From assembly GCA_035539855.1 (NCBI GenBank), contig DATLHO010000154.1:11833-75832 (forward strand): a stretch of DNA of 64,000 bases, in the 5' to 3' direction. Shown in pieces: positions 17,731 through 26,389 of this stretch. Source of the DNA: Candidatus Kapaibacterium sp. (GTDB lineage: Bacteria; Bacteroidota; Ignavibacteria; OLB7). Below the pieces are notes generated by a model, which ran no database searches, was not told the origin of the DNA, and saw nothing but the letters and a program-made list of their open reading frames with translations. Positions within the stretch are counted from its first letter, which is position 1. Every line of letters starts with the position of its first letter. A program made the translations under genes and the position numbers.

Positions 17731-18339
17731 CTACCCGCCGTCCACCTCATCGACCGCCACCGGCGTCCGGATCTCGACACCACGAGAATGGAAGCGCCCT
17801 GCGGTCAGCCCCTGATCGAAGCGCGGAAGCGTCTCGCCGCGAACCTCCACCCGCCCCTCGGGCAGGCCGAGCTCGCGATCGACGACACGGGCGCGCTCGA
17901 GCGCGAGCCGGGCATTGTGCTCGGCGTCGCCGCTGATATGCGTATAGCCGACGACGCTCACGCGCGGATCGGGTGCGATCGACGCTCTGATCGACGACAG
18001 CGTCCTGCGGTGTTCCGCCACGCGGTCGGCGCGATCATAGGCGATGAGGATCAGATTGTAGCGCTCGACGGTCTCGTCGGCTACGCGGTCGCGGCGCTTT
18101 CCGCGGATCGTCACCTGCTCCACGGCAAGCGTCGCGAGCGGCGTGAGGAAGCTCGCACCGTTGGCATCCTCGACGCTCAGATGGTACTGCAGCACGCCGG
18201 GCGCGCGCGGCACGGTGCCCTGCTCGCGCTCGAGCTGCCAGTGTGTCAGGTGATAGCGCTTCGTCGCCGCAACCAGCGCATCGTCAATCACCCTCTCCTG
18301 CGGTCGCAGAAGCTGACGGCGCACCATGATCGTGACCAT
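17731..18339 (-). CDS. OmpA/MotB C-terminal-domain protein, possibly chimeric (N-terminal segment resembles a LuxR regulator)
   Basis: VVGYTHISGDAEHNARLALERARVV is the OmpA-like peptidoglycan-binding motif. The segment RRQLLRPQERVIDDALVAATKRYHLTH parallels RHQFLRPQERLIDDVLVEATVRYQLTH of the LuxR regulator at 22733-23785. Start is uncertain: the track ORF start at 18579 overlaps the upstream gene. Confidence 0.45.
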   Translation of the reverse strand: MVTIMVRRQLLRPQERVIDDALVAATKRYHLTHWQLEREQGTVPRAPGVLQYHLSVEDANGASFLTPLATLAVEQVTIRGKRRDRVADETVERYNLILIAYDRADRVAEHRRTLSSIRASIAPDPRVSVVGYTHISGDAEHNARLALERARVVDRELGLPEGRVEVRGETLPRFDQGLTAGRFHSRGVEIRTPVAVDEVDGG

Positions 18340-18370
18340 CGTGCTTTCGAGGAAGGGGCGCAGGTTATCG

Positions 18371-20752
18371 TCATCGAACGACGAGAAACGGGGCCACAGT
18401 ACACAATGCGCCTGTGACGACCGCGAAATACGATCCAACAGGAAGTGTCGTCGGCAGGTCGATGTCAAAAATGTGGCGATCATGCTCCCGCCCACTCGAT
18501 GGCGCCCGCAGTAGAACGGTGCCTCGTGCGTCTGCGATGGAAAGCACTGCGGGTTCTGAGCCGCTTCCGACGTCGGCAACGACTCTCATCCTGCCGCCGG
18601 ACATCACTGATGGCTGGAGTGAAATCGCGCCACGCTCCCTCTGCAGTTCATCGAGGGAGATCGCGGAGGAGGGCTCGCCGCTGAGGCGAAATCGGCCTAC
18701 CTGACCCGGGGCGCTAAAGAGAAAGAGTAAATGGCCATCCGCCGTGAGCGTCAGCGCAGACATGCCCGACAACTCCGGAGCCGGGCCCTGCATTCGCACA
18801 AACGTACGTGCTCCGTCGACGCTCCGCTCGATGACACCATCGGCGGTGGCCGAATAGACGACTTCGGGACTCAGCCAGGAGAGCGCCGCCCCGATCGGCC
18901 GTTCGGCCTCGAGCGTCGAAGCGACCCCCCATGTCGCACCGCCGTCGGTCGACGTAGCGATGTCCCACTGCAGACCATTCCGAAACCGGTCGGGGAATGC
19001 CGCCACAATCGACTGCACACCGAAACTCTCGAGTGAGATCGCTGCCGTCCGCCCGGGAATCGAATCCACTCTGGTCACCTGCCAAGTGCGGGCGCCGTCA
19101 CTCGATCGAAGAAACCGCCGCGCCGCGGAGCTCTGCGTCAGGCCGACGAGTGCGCCGTCGCCGAGGCTGCGGAGGTGATCGACAGTCAGCGAGTCACGAC
19201 GCTCCCACGACATCCCCCCGTCCGTGCTTGCATGCACGCCGTCGTGTCCCCAGAGGTATAACACCGGCGTAGGCCCGGTGACATCCGAGAGGAGTTTCGC
19301 TCCGGCTGCCAGGGTGGGGAGCGACCCCGCGAGGCTCCATGTCGCTCCGTCGTCCGTACTGAGCAGCAGTCCGCGGTACGCAGCCGCCTCGCTTGGGACG
19401 AACCGTGCGAGCGCGGCGAACGCTGCTGGACGACGGGCCCTGTCCAGTGAAATCACGGCTTCAATATTCGACGCTCCCGGAGGTACGAATGCAGTCTGCC
19501 AGGTCTCGCCGGAGTCGGCGCTCGTTCTGATGGCCCCGTACTCGTACCCTGCGACGACTCGTGCGCCTGTCGCCGTCGCGGTGATCGGCAGCCCGACCGC
19601 GCCGTTCGTCGACCACGACCGGCCGGCATCCGATGATCGTGCGAACAGCGAAAAGCGGTTCGCAACGAATACGTTCGCAGTATCTGTCCAGCTGACGAGC
19701 AGGTCGTTCGAGCTCCGCTGACCGATGAACGGATGCGCCCATGGCTGCCACGAGCGGCCACCGTCACGGGAGACGCCGTTGGCCGATGTCGCCCGCATCG
19801 CGGTATGAAACCGCAGCGACGCCACATCCAGCCACCGTGGTAGCGCGAGAGTCTCCCAGGTCATGCCTCGATCCCGGCTGGCCAGGAAGAAGTAGGCATC
19901 GTCACGATTCGACTGACGACCACCCCACACATAGAGCATCTCGCCCTCTTCGAAGACACCACTCTGCATCTGAGGCGCGGCGCCGGCATTGAACGGGGGG
20001 AGCCGCATCCATTCGATGCGGCCGCTGTCGAGCAGCAGCCGTCCGAGATGCCAGGGGCCGTCACCACCGAAGTTTTCGGTGACAACGACATAGACTACCC
20101 GATTCGAGGTCGCTCCGATGATGCGCACCCACTGGGGCATCCGGAGAGCAGCATCCCCGGTCACCGGCATCGTTCCGAAGGCGGTGCTGTCGGCAACGAC
20201 GGCGATGGCACCGATCGAACGCAGTGAATCCGCCCTTTGCCAGGTCACGCCGTCGAGCGTATAGGCAAGCCGTTGGGGCCCGGCCGGCACGCTGATCCCT
20301 CCGGATATCCCGGTGCTGTTGTACAGCACGACCATTGTCTGCCTGTCGAGTGCCAGAAGGTCGACGACGGAGTCGTGCGACGCGGCGTCCAGAATCGAGG
20401 GCTGCACCGGTGCCCACGACTCACCGCCATCGACCGACAACCAGCGTGGGCGGGCCCAGGCGACGCCCGTCGGCTCGCTGACGAAGGGGATCGGTGTGAA
20501 GGAGTTCGCCGGCCTCCAAGTGATCCCGCCGTCGCTCGTACAGTACACGGAATCGTGCGTGGCGTAAAAGCCGGAGAATGGTGACGTGAAGAAGATCGAC
20601 TCCGGAATGAGCCGACTAGTGCCGAATGTCGTGTGCTCGGTAGCGAATACGTGCCAGCGATCCCCCGGGATCTGGCCGCTGGCAACTGAAATGACAAGGA
20701 GCACAAACGGCACGAGACGAAATGCAACGCGGGTCGGGCAGCCTATTCCCAT
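18371..20752 (-). CDS. BNR/Asp-box repeat secreted protein with T9SS-type C-terminal domain
   Basis: 793 aa. Multiple SxDxGxTW motifs (STDGGATW, STDGGMSW, SSDGARTW, SADSGETW). Signal peptide. C-terminus ...LPVGSYFAVVTGALCTVAPFLVVR. Confidence 0.7.
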   Translation of the reverse strand: MGIGCPTRVAFRLVPFVLLVISVASGQIPGDRWHVFATEHTTFGTSRLIPESIFFTSPFSGFYATHDSVYCTSDGGITWRPANSFTPIPFVSEPTGVAWARPRWLSVDGGESWAPVQPSILDAASHDSVVDLLALDRQTMVVLYNSTGISGGISVPAGPQRLAYTLDGVTWQRADSLRSIGAIAVVADSTAFGTMPVTGDAALRMPQWVRIIGATSNRVVYVVVTENFGGDGPWHLGRLLLDSGRIEWMRLPPFNAGAAPQMQSGVFEEGEMLYVWGGRQSNRDDAYFFLASRDRGMTWETLALPRWLDVASLRFHTAMRATSANGVSRDGGRSWQPWAHPFIGQRSSNDLLVSWTDTANVFVANRFSLFARSSDAGRSWSTNGAVGLPITATATGARVVAGYEYGAIRTSADSGETWQTAFVPPGASNIEAVISLDRARRPAAFAALARFVPSEAAAYRGLLLSTDDGATWSLAGSLPTLAAGAKLLSDVTGPTPVLYLWGHDGVHASTDGGMSWERRDSLTVDHLRSLGDGALVGLTQSSAARRFLRSSDGARTWQVTRVDSIPGRTAAISLESFGVQSIVAAFPDRFRNGLQWDIATSTDGGATWGVASTLEAERPIGAALSWLSPEVVYSATADGVIERSVDGARTFVRMQGPAPELSGMSALTLTADGHLLFLFSAPGQVGRFRLSGEPSSAISLDELQRERGAISLQPSVMSGGRMRVVADVGSGSEPAVLSIADARGTVLLRAPSSGREHDRHIFDIDLPTTLPVGSYFAVVTGALCTVAPFLVVR

Positions 20753-20946
20753 TTCCTTGGCACCATTAGCTTGATGGATTCTACTGAAAACTCACCAACT
20801 GGTACTCGGGCGCAGCTCGAAGGTAGAGGCATCGGATTTCCATTCCTACCTGCAAATAGCCTCATTCGAAAGCAAAGCATCGGGACCCGAGATGATAACC
20901 AGTCACGATTGGGCCAGGCATCATAACCGCATGTACGAAGAACCTG

Positions 20947-20979
20947 TGATCCGGTCACGTGGCAGGCAATGCGCCTGCC
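20947..20979. terminator. perfect 14-bp stem hairpin GTCACGTGGCAGGC-AATGC-GCCTGCCACGTGAC in a low-GC intergenic region
   Basis: Read directly from the sequence. Lies about 90 bp downstream of the cysteine-rich protein gene on the minus strand. No U-tract. Confidence 0.4.
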
Positions 20980-21066
20980 ACGTGACTATTGCGTCGAAGC
21001 ATCTTGATGAAAGCCATCGCGCCTAGCCCATCGCATCGCTTCGAGCGTTCATCGGCTATCATCGCA

Positions 21067-21840
21067 CTACTTACCATCTGGCCGCGTTTGCGCTGAACTC
21101 ACCGGCTGAAGACTCTTCTCCGCTGCATCGAGTCCGATGTCCTGGCCTGAGGGCGCAGCACCCGATTCGATGCACGGCTTTGGACCATAGGGGCCTGCGG
21201 GATCGCTCGTGCATGCCGGCAGCACCACCCGGCAGCAGACCTGGGAAGTCTGGCCGGCACAGTCCAGAGTGACGCAAACGTCGATGCATTTCGATCCTGA
21301 GGGATCGCAGCCCGTGAAGCCAACCGGGATCTTGACGGATGACTTGTATGGTAGTCCGCCCGATGTCTCGACCATGTGAACACAGCTTGTGCGACAAACT
21401 GAGTCGCAAGTGCTGTCTGCGAGAGTTCCACCCGGAGGATAGAGACGGGGGCAGGCTGGATCTTCGCTCCAGACACCAGTCCACGGGTACTTGACAGGAC
21501 AGAGGTCGCAGATGTGATTGGGCGAGTTGGCGTTCCTCTGACAGGGTGAGATCGGTCCGGGGTCCGTATCACAATCCAATGCGGCGCAGATGTCGACTCT
21601 CGTCACGACACAGCCCTCCCACTCGTTCTTGATTTCGAATTCCCAGCTGCAACAGCCCTCGCCGCAGAGAAGCCCGTTGTCGCAGGCGTTTCCATCGCCG
21701 TAAGTCCCATTGTTGGTGTGACACAACGCGTGCGGGGTCGGAGTAGCAATCCACGTACACCCGCTTGTCTGAGCCGAAGCTGTCGAAGCCGCGAACACAG
21801 CCGCGATGATGGCGACAAGGACGTAAACGCGACAGAACAT
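21067..21840 (-). CDS. cysteine-rich secreted protein of unknown function
   Basis: Start at MFCRVYVLVAIIAAVFAASTASAQ (signal peptide). About 257 aa with about 25 cysteines in CxC/CC/CxxxC arrangements. Visibly lower GC than its surroundings. No recognisable family. Confidence 0.6.
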   Translation of the reverse strand: MFCRVYVLVAIIAAVFAASTASAQTSGCTWIATPTPHALCHTNNGTYGDGNACDNGLLCGEGCCSWEFEIKNEWEGCVVTRVDICAALDCDTDPGPISPCQRNANSPNHICDLCPVKYPWTGVWSEDPACPRLYPPGGTLADSTCDSVCRTSCVHMVETSGGLPYKSSVKIPVGFTGCDPSGSKCIDVCVTLDCAGQTSQVCCRVVLPACTSDPAGPYGPKPCIESGAAPSGQDIGLDAAEKSLQPVSSAQTRPDGK

Positions 21841-21913
21841 AACTGCCTCCAATGAGTGTTGAATGGCTACGCGGGAGCTGTCGTAGAACTGCGGGAGGGG
21901 CGTCGCGCGGGGT

Positions 21914-22525
21914 CTATTCGAGCGCTCCGGCACCGTCGCCCGGTGCCGTCGACTCGCAGTCGGTTACGCTGCACGCCGGCGAGCCGCCGGAATAGTGGAG
22001 CGTGATGATCGCTGGCTCGGTTCCGTAATAGGTTGCGATACACCGCCGCAATGAGTCAGAACAGGGCGACAGTGTCGTCGACGATCCGGCGCCCGTGCGC
22101 TCGACGCATGCGGCGAAGAAGACCCAGGAGTGTCCCGGGGAAACGGAGTCGGCCGCCGAATCGGCGTAGCCCGCCGCCGCGCCGTGAAGGACTGCGACGT
22201 ATGCGAGACGATTGAACAACTCCGGCGTCGAAAGCGAGTCGAGCGCGGCGCAAGAGTCGCCTGCCTCGAATGTCTCGGCCGCGATGACATAGTCGGTCCG
22301 TCCGGTCGGCGTACGCCAGACGCAGACGATCTGTCGGGTCTTCCCTTCGTTCGAGGTTGCGAGTGTCGGCGGATCGACAACCGACGGAAGCGACCATGCG
22401 ACCGTGTCGACAGCCAGCAGGACCGCCGACGAGTCGGTCGGGTGAGTCATCGGCGTCTGCGCGAGCGCGACGGAAGCCGGAGCGATGAGACAAAGCGTGG
22501 CGATGCCAAGGAACAGGTAGCGCAT
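21914..22525 (-). CDS. hypothetical secreted protein
   Basis: 203 aa with signal peptide MRYLFLGIATLCLIAPASVALAQ. Immediately upstream of, and likely co-transcribed with, the cysteine-rich protein. Confidence 0.5.
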   Translation of the reverse strand: MRYLFLGIATLCLIAPASVALAQTPMTHPTDSSAVLLAVDTVAWSLPSVVDPPTLATSNEGKTRQIVCVWRTPTGRTDYVIAAETFEAGDSCAALDSLSTPELFNRLAYVAVLHGAAAGYADSAADSVSPGHSWVFFAACVERTGAGSSTTLSPCSDSLRRCIATYYGTEPAIITLHYSGGSPACSVTDCESTAPGDGAGALE

Positions 22526-22732
22526 GAGGGCACAGCGGTAGAGCCATCCTGCGATCCGGATCCGGGTGGAACTCGCGGGGATGGGGTTGGATGCCTTCGA
22601 GCGCTCGGTACGTCAGAAAGATGGACGCGCGTCGACGCGCATCCTATTCCCCTTTAGGGGAGGGTGGGATAATGAAGTGTAGGTCCGGTGGTGGTGCACG
22701 GCTTGCGCTCGCGCGGCGTCGACACGCCTTCG

Positions 22733-23785
22733 TCAGCGCGTCGGTCGCAGCATGAAGAGCTTGCCGAAGACGTCGCCGAGACTGACGGTGCCGGTCTTGC
22801 GATGGACCGACTGAAGATGCTTCTTGACGTTGTCCTGCGAGACGCCGATCTCGGCGGCGATCTCCTTGTACGACAGGCCGAGCATGCGACAGGTGAGGAC
22901 GCGGCGCTCCTGATGCGTGAGCTGGTAACGCACCGTCGCTTCGACGAGCACATCGTCGATCAACCGCTCCTGTGGTCGGAGAAACTGGTGCCGGATGATC
23001 ACGCCGGCGAAGGCGCTCTCGAGGAACGGCCGAAGCGTTTCGATGATCGCTGTGTCCGCCTCGCGCAGAGGAGACTTCTGCCGTTCGCGGCAGAGAATGA
23101 TACAGCCGATTTGCATCGTCTCGTAATATGCGAGCTCGATGACGTGGGGCGGATGATAGTCGTCGAATGGAAATCCCTGCTCCAGCATGCCGTCGAGAAC
23201 GGCGGCCGAGAATCCTCTGGAGGCCGCATGGGTACTGACACTCACACCGACCGAGCCCTTCGGAGGGACGTGATGAATGACATCGGCGCTCGCATTGTAT
23301 TCGTCCGGATCGCAAAGGTCGCAGGACGTGTCGACGGCGATGGCAATCCGATCGACAGCCGGGAGCAACGGAGCAAGAGCGTTTCGGAGCTCGCGCGTGG
23401 CGGTGGTGACGTCGAAGGTGTTTGGCAGGGCATTAAGCAGGCAGAGAAACGGATCCGCCGCACGCGGGGCACCCGTGCTCCCGACCGCGATCGACGGCCG
23501 GCCCCCACGCGGTGCGGTGCCAGGAGCCGAACGGGGCCGACCGGGCGGCCGCACCTCGAGAAGCGCATCGAGTCCGCCACCGCGGTACGTTGCAACCCAG
23601 CGCTCCACTGTCGGGGCCGATACGCCGACACGAAGCGCCACCTCTGCGGTGACGAGCTCGGGAAACCGCTTCATCACCTGCAGCGCACGCACGCGTGTCG
23701 CGAGCGGACCCGACCGAAGCTTCCGCTCGAGACGAGAGAGCGCTGCTGGTGATTCGGCGATGTCGAGACGGCGTCGGCGCGGCAT
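22733..23785 (-). CDS. LuxR-family transcriptional regulator with extra N-terminal HTH
   Basis: C-terminal LTHQERRVLTCRMLGLSYKEIAAEIGVSQDNVKKHL is a LuxR/FixJ-type HTH. The N-terminal ATRVRALQ...VALRVGVSAPTVERWV looks like a second HTH. Confidence 0.65.
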   Translation of the reverse strand: MPRRRRLDIAESPAALSRLERKLRSGPLATRVRALQVMKRFPELVTAEVALRVGVSAPTVERWVATYRGGGLDALLEVRPPGRPRSAPGTAPRGGRPSIAVGSTGAPRAADPFLCLLNALPNTFDVTTATRELRNALAPLLPAVDRIAIAVDTSCDLCDPDEYNASADVIHHVPPKGSVGVSVSTHAASRGFSAAVLDGMLEQGFPFDDYHPPHVIELAYYETMQIGCIILCRERQKSPLREADTAIIETLRPFLESAFAGVIIRHQFLRPQERLIDDVLVEATVRYQLTHQERRVLTCRMLGLSYKEIAAEIGVSQDNVKKHLQSVHRKTGTVSLGDVFGKLFMLRPTR

Positions 23786-23934
23786 GGGTACTCAACGGTT
23801 ACCCATCAAGCTACGACTCTGCAATCCCATCACGAAAGCGGACCACCGATGACAATCGTGATGGGAATGGTGGCGTCCGTACGCCAGGGGCCGCCTCGGC
23901 GCCGGATGGGCGCTCGTCTCGCCTTCTCCCTCGC

Positions 23935-24040
23935 CTACCTTCGCACGACCAATCTCTCGCTGAGCACCAGCGTCGGCGTCCGCAGCACAACGACATGGGC
24001 CCCCGCCGGCAGCTCCGACACGTCCACCCACTGCACGTAC
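23935..24040 (-). pseudogene. orphan remnant of a T9SS C-terminal sorting domain
   Basis: 72-aa ORF ending ...VDVSELPAGAHVVVLRTPTLVLSERLVVRR. Same pattern as the CTDs of intact T9SS cargo here (for example LPSGAYTVVLSTAGGRATTRVTILR). No upstream body. Confidence 0.35.
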
Positions 24041-24223
24041 GCTCCCGCCTCCATCTCACCGTCGACGAGCGTCGCAGCGTGCGCTCCCGACGCGTCCTGC
24101 AGCACGAGCTTCGTCCGCCTCCGCTCGGTGAGCGAGTACTCGATCGCCGCCACCCCCGAGGCCGGTTCGGCGATGCCGGGCGCAGCAGTACCTCCGCCGC
24201 GCGTCGAACAGCCACTTGTGCTC

Positions 24224-25501
24224 TCATCCCTTCTCCACCCGGATCACCTCCCGCCCCCCCATCAACGGCACGAGCACCGCCGGCACCCTCACGGTCCCAT
24301 CCGCCTGCTGATTGTTCTCGAGGATCGCGACGATCGCGCGCGGCACCGCGACGGCCGTGCCGTTGAGCGTGTGCACGAAGCGCGTCTGGTTGTTCTCATC
24401 GCGATAGCGGATCATCAGCCGGCGCGACTGGAACTCGGTGCAGTTGCTCGTGCTCGTGACCTCCCCGAACGCCTCGCGCGACGGCATCCATGCCTCGATG
24501 TCGAACTTGCGATACGCCGGCGCTCCGAGATCCCCGGCCGCGATGTCGACGACCTGGTAGTGCAGGCCGAGGTCGCTGAAGATCTCCTTCTCGATCTCGA
24601 GCATCTCCGCGTGCATCGCTTCGGATTCCTCCGGCGTCGTGAACGCGAACATCTCGACCTTGCTGAACTGGTGCACGCGGTAGAGCCCGCGCGACTCACG
24701 GCCCGCCGCGCCTGCCTCGGTGCGGAAGCAATGGCTGTAGCCGACGAGTTTCACGGGGAGCTCCTCCTTGCGCAGGATCTTCTCCTTGAGCAGTCCGCCG
24801 AGCGTGATCTCGGCGGTACCGACGAGGCAGAGGTCGGTTCCCTCGACGCTGTAGACCTGGGTCTCCTCGCCGCGCGGGTTGAAGCCGATCGCCTCGAGCA
24901 CCGATGCGCGCGCGAGGTCGGGCGTCAGGTACGGCGTCCATCCGCGCGAGACCAGCTTCATCATCGCGAAGTTGACGAGCGCCATCTCGAGCAGCGCGCC
25001 CTCGTTCATGAGGTAGTAGAACTTCTGTCCGGTGACCTCCGCGGCGGTCTCGAAGTCGAGGAGCTTCAGCTCGGTGCCGAGCGTCACGTGGTCCTTCGTC
25101 GGGAAGTCGAACACGGGCCGCTCGCCGACGGTCTCCATCACGAGGCCATCCTCCTCTCCGCCGGCGGGCACGTCGGGATGCGTCATGTTGGGGATGTTCT
25201 TCGCGGCGGCATCGAGCTCGTCTCCGACGGCGTTGAACTCCTCCTCGCGCGCGGCGATGAGCTCCTTGAGCTCGCGCCCGCGGTCGATCAGGGTCTGGCG
25301 CTCGGCCTGCTCCATCTTCCCCTTCATCTTCTGCGACGACTCGTTCCGCTCGGCGCGCAGCGCCTCGAGCTCCTGCTGTATCGCTACGCGCCGCGCGTAA
25401 AGCTCGACGACGCGGGCGGCGTCGGCGTTGCGGACGCCTCGGCGGGCGATGTTCTCGGTGACGAGCTCGAGGTTCTCGCGAATGAACTTCAGATCCAGCA
25501 T
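24224..25501 (-). CDS. serS: seryl-tRNA synthetase
   Basis: 425 aa. N-terminal coiled-coil arm and class II aaRS core motifs. Full length. Confidence 0.9.
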   Translation of the reverse strand: MLDLKFIRENLELVTENIARRGVRNADAARVVELYARRVAIQQELEALRAERNESSQKMKGKMEQAERQTLIDRGRELKELIAAREEEFNAVGDELDAAAKNIPNMTHPDVPAGGEEDGLVMETVGERPVFDFPTKDHVTLGTELKLLDFETAAEVTGQKFYYLMNEGALLEMALVNFAMMKLVSRGWTPYLTPDLARASVLEAIGFNPRGEETQVYSVEGTDLCLVGTAEITLGGLLKEKILRKEELPVKLVGYSHCFRTEAGAAGRESRGLYRVHQFSKVEMFAFTTPEESEAMHAEMLEIEKEIFSDLGLHYQVVDIAAGDLGAPAYRKFDIEAWMPSREAFGEVTSTSNCTEFQSRRLMIRYRDENNQTRFVHTLNGTAVAVPRAIVAILENNQQADGTVRVPAVLVPLMGGREVIRVEKG

Positions 25502-25588
25502 GCGTTGACGGAGTGGTCGTTAGGAAAAGGGCAAAAGTACGAAGCCCCGGGTCATTGGCGCGTAATCGCGCGTGCCTGATGCGGCGAG

Positions 25589-25619
25589 GCCCCGGGCGCG
25601 CTCTGCGCGCCCGGGGCCT
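25589..25619. terminator. GC hairpin GGCCCCGGGCGCGC-TCT-GCGCGCCCGGGGCC between the ferredoxin-domain gene and serS
   Basis: Perfect 14-bp stem. No U-tract. Confidence 0.35.
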
Positions 25620-25655
25620 CGATTGCCTGAACGTCGGGGTGCCGAAAGGCGTCGC

Positions 25656-26312
25656 CTAGAACAGTCCGATCATATCCCCGCCCATCCAGACGATGGCGCC
25701 GAGGACGATGAGGCCGAAGACCGTGGCGAGCGCGCCGTTGATGACGGTGAAGCGATGGATCTCGCCGATCTCCTGCGCCACGCGATTGTCGATCGTGCAG
25801 TCGCCGAGGACTTCCGTCTGGCAGGCGAGGCGCACCTTGCCGACGTCGCCCCCGAGCGTGAAGCGCTCCTGCCACGTCGGCACGCTCAGCGCCGCGGCAC
25901 TGTTCGCGCCGGGCGTGTAGCGGCACGTGCCGCAGAAGCCCATCCCGAAACAGTTCGCCGCCTTCGCGACGTCGTAGTAGACTTCGGCTCCCTGCGTGGT
26001 CGCGTACTCGCGGAGATTGCCTCCCTCGGGCACGAAGACCGTGCGGCCCTGGTTGGCGAAGGTCACCGCATGGAATCCCTCGGGCACACGGCCTCCGGTC
26101 GTGAACGGCGCCAATGTCTCGGAGAGATCGAGCTCGGGATGGTGGTACCGGTAGACCGCATAGGCCGCGCCGAGACCGAAGAGGTACCACGTCACCGCCA
26201 TCGCGATCGCGAGGGGCATTGGCGTGTTGAGCTGCACAAGCAGCACGAAAAGGATCGCGGTCGTCAGCAGAGCCCAGAACGAGAATCCCGGAATCTTCAT
26301 ATCACGCTCCAC
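25656..26312 (-). CDS. membrane-anchored protein with 2Fe-2S ferredoxin-type domain
   Basis: N- and C-terminal TM helices. CFGMGFCGTCR...C cluster-binding motif typical of plant-type 2Fe-2S ferredoxins. Confidence 0.55.
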   Translation of the reverse strand: MERDMKIPGFSFWALLTTAILFVLLVQLNTPMPLAIAMAVTWYLFGLGAAYAVYRYHHPELDLSETLAPFTTGGRVPEGFHAVTFANQGRTVFVPEGGNLREYATTQGAEVYYDVAKAANCFGMGFCGTCRYTPGANSAAALSVPTWQERFTLGGDVGKVRLACQTEVLGDCTIDNRVAQEIGEIHRFTVINGALATVFGLIVLGAIVWMGGDMIGLF

Positions 26313-26389
26313 ACGGAGATTGTATCAAATGGTAGGCAGTCAGAAGATAGACGCAAAGTGACAAACACGCAAAGAAAGCTTGCGGATGC

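Noticed and set aside
22733-23100. Possible transposase or mobile element because of the N-terminal HTH in the LuxR regulator
   Set aside because: No DDE, recombinase or integrase domain and no terminal inverted repeats were seen. The HTH is followed by a sensor-like region and a LuxR HTH, so it is called a regulator.
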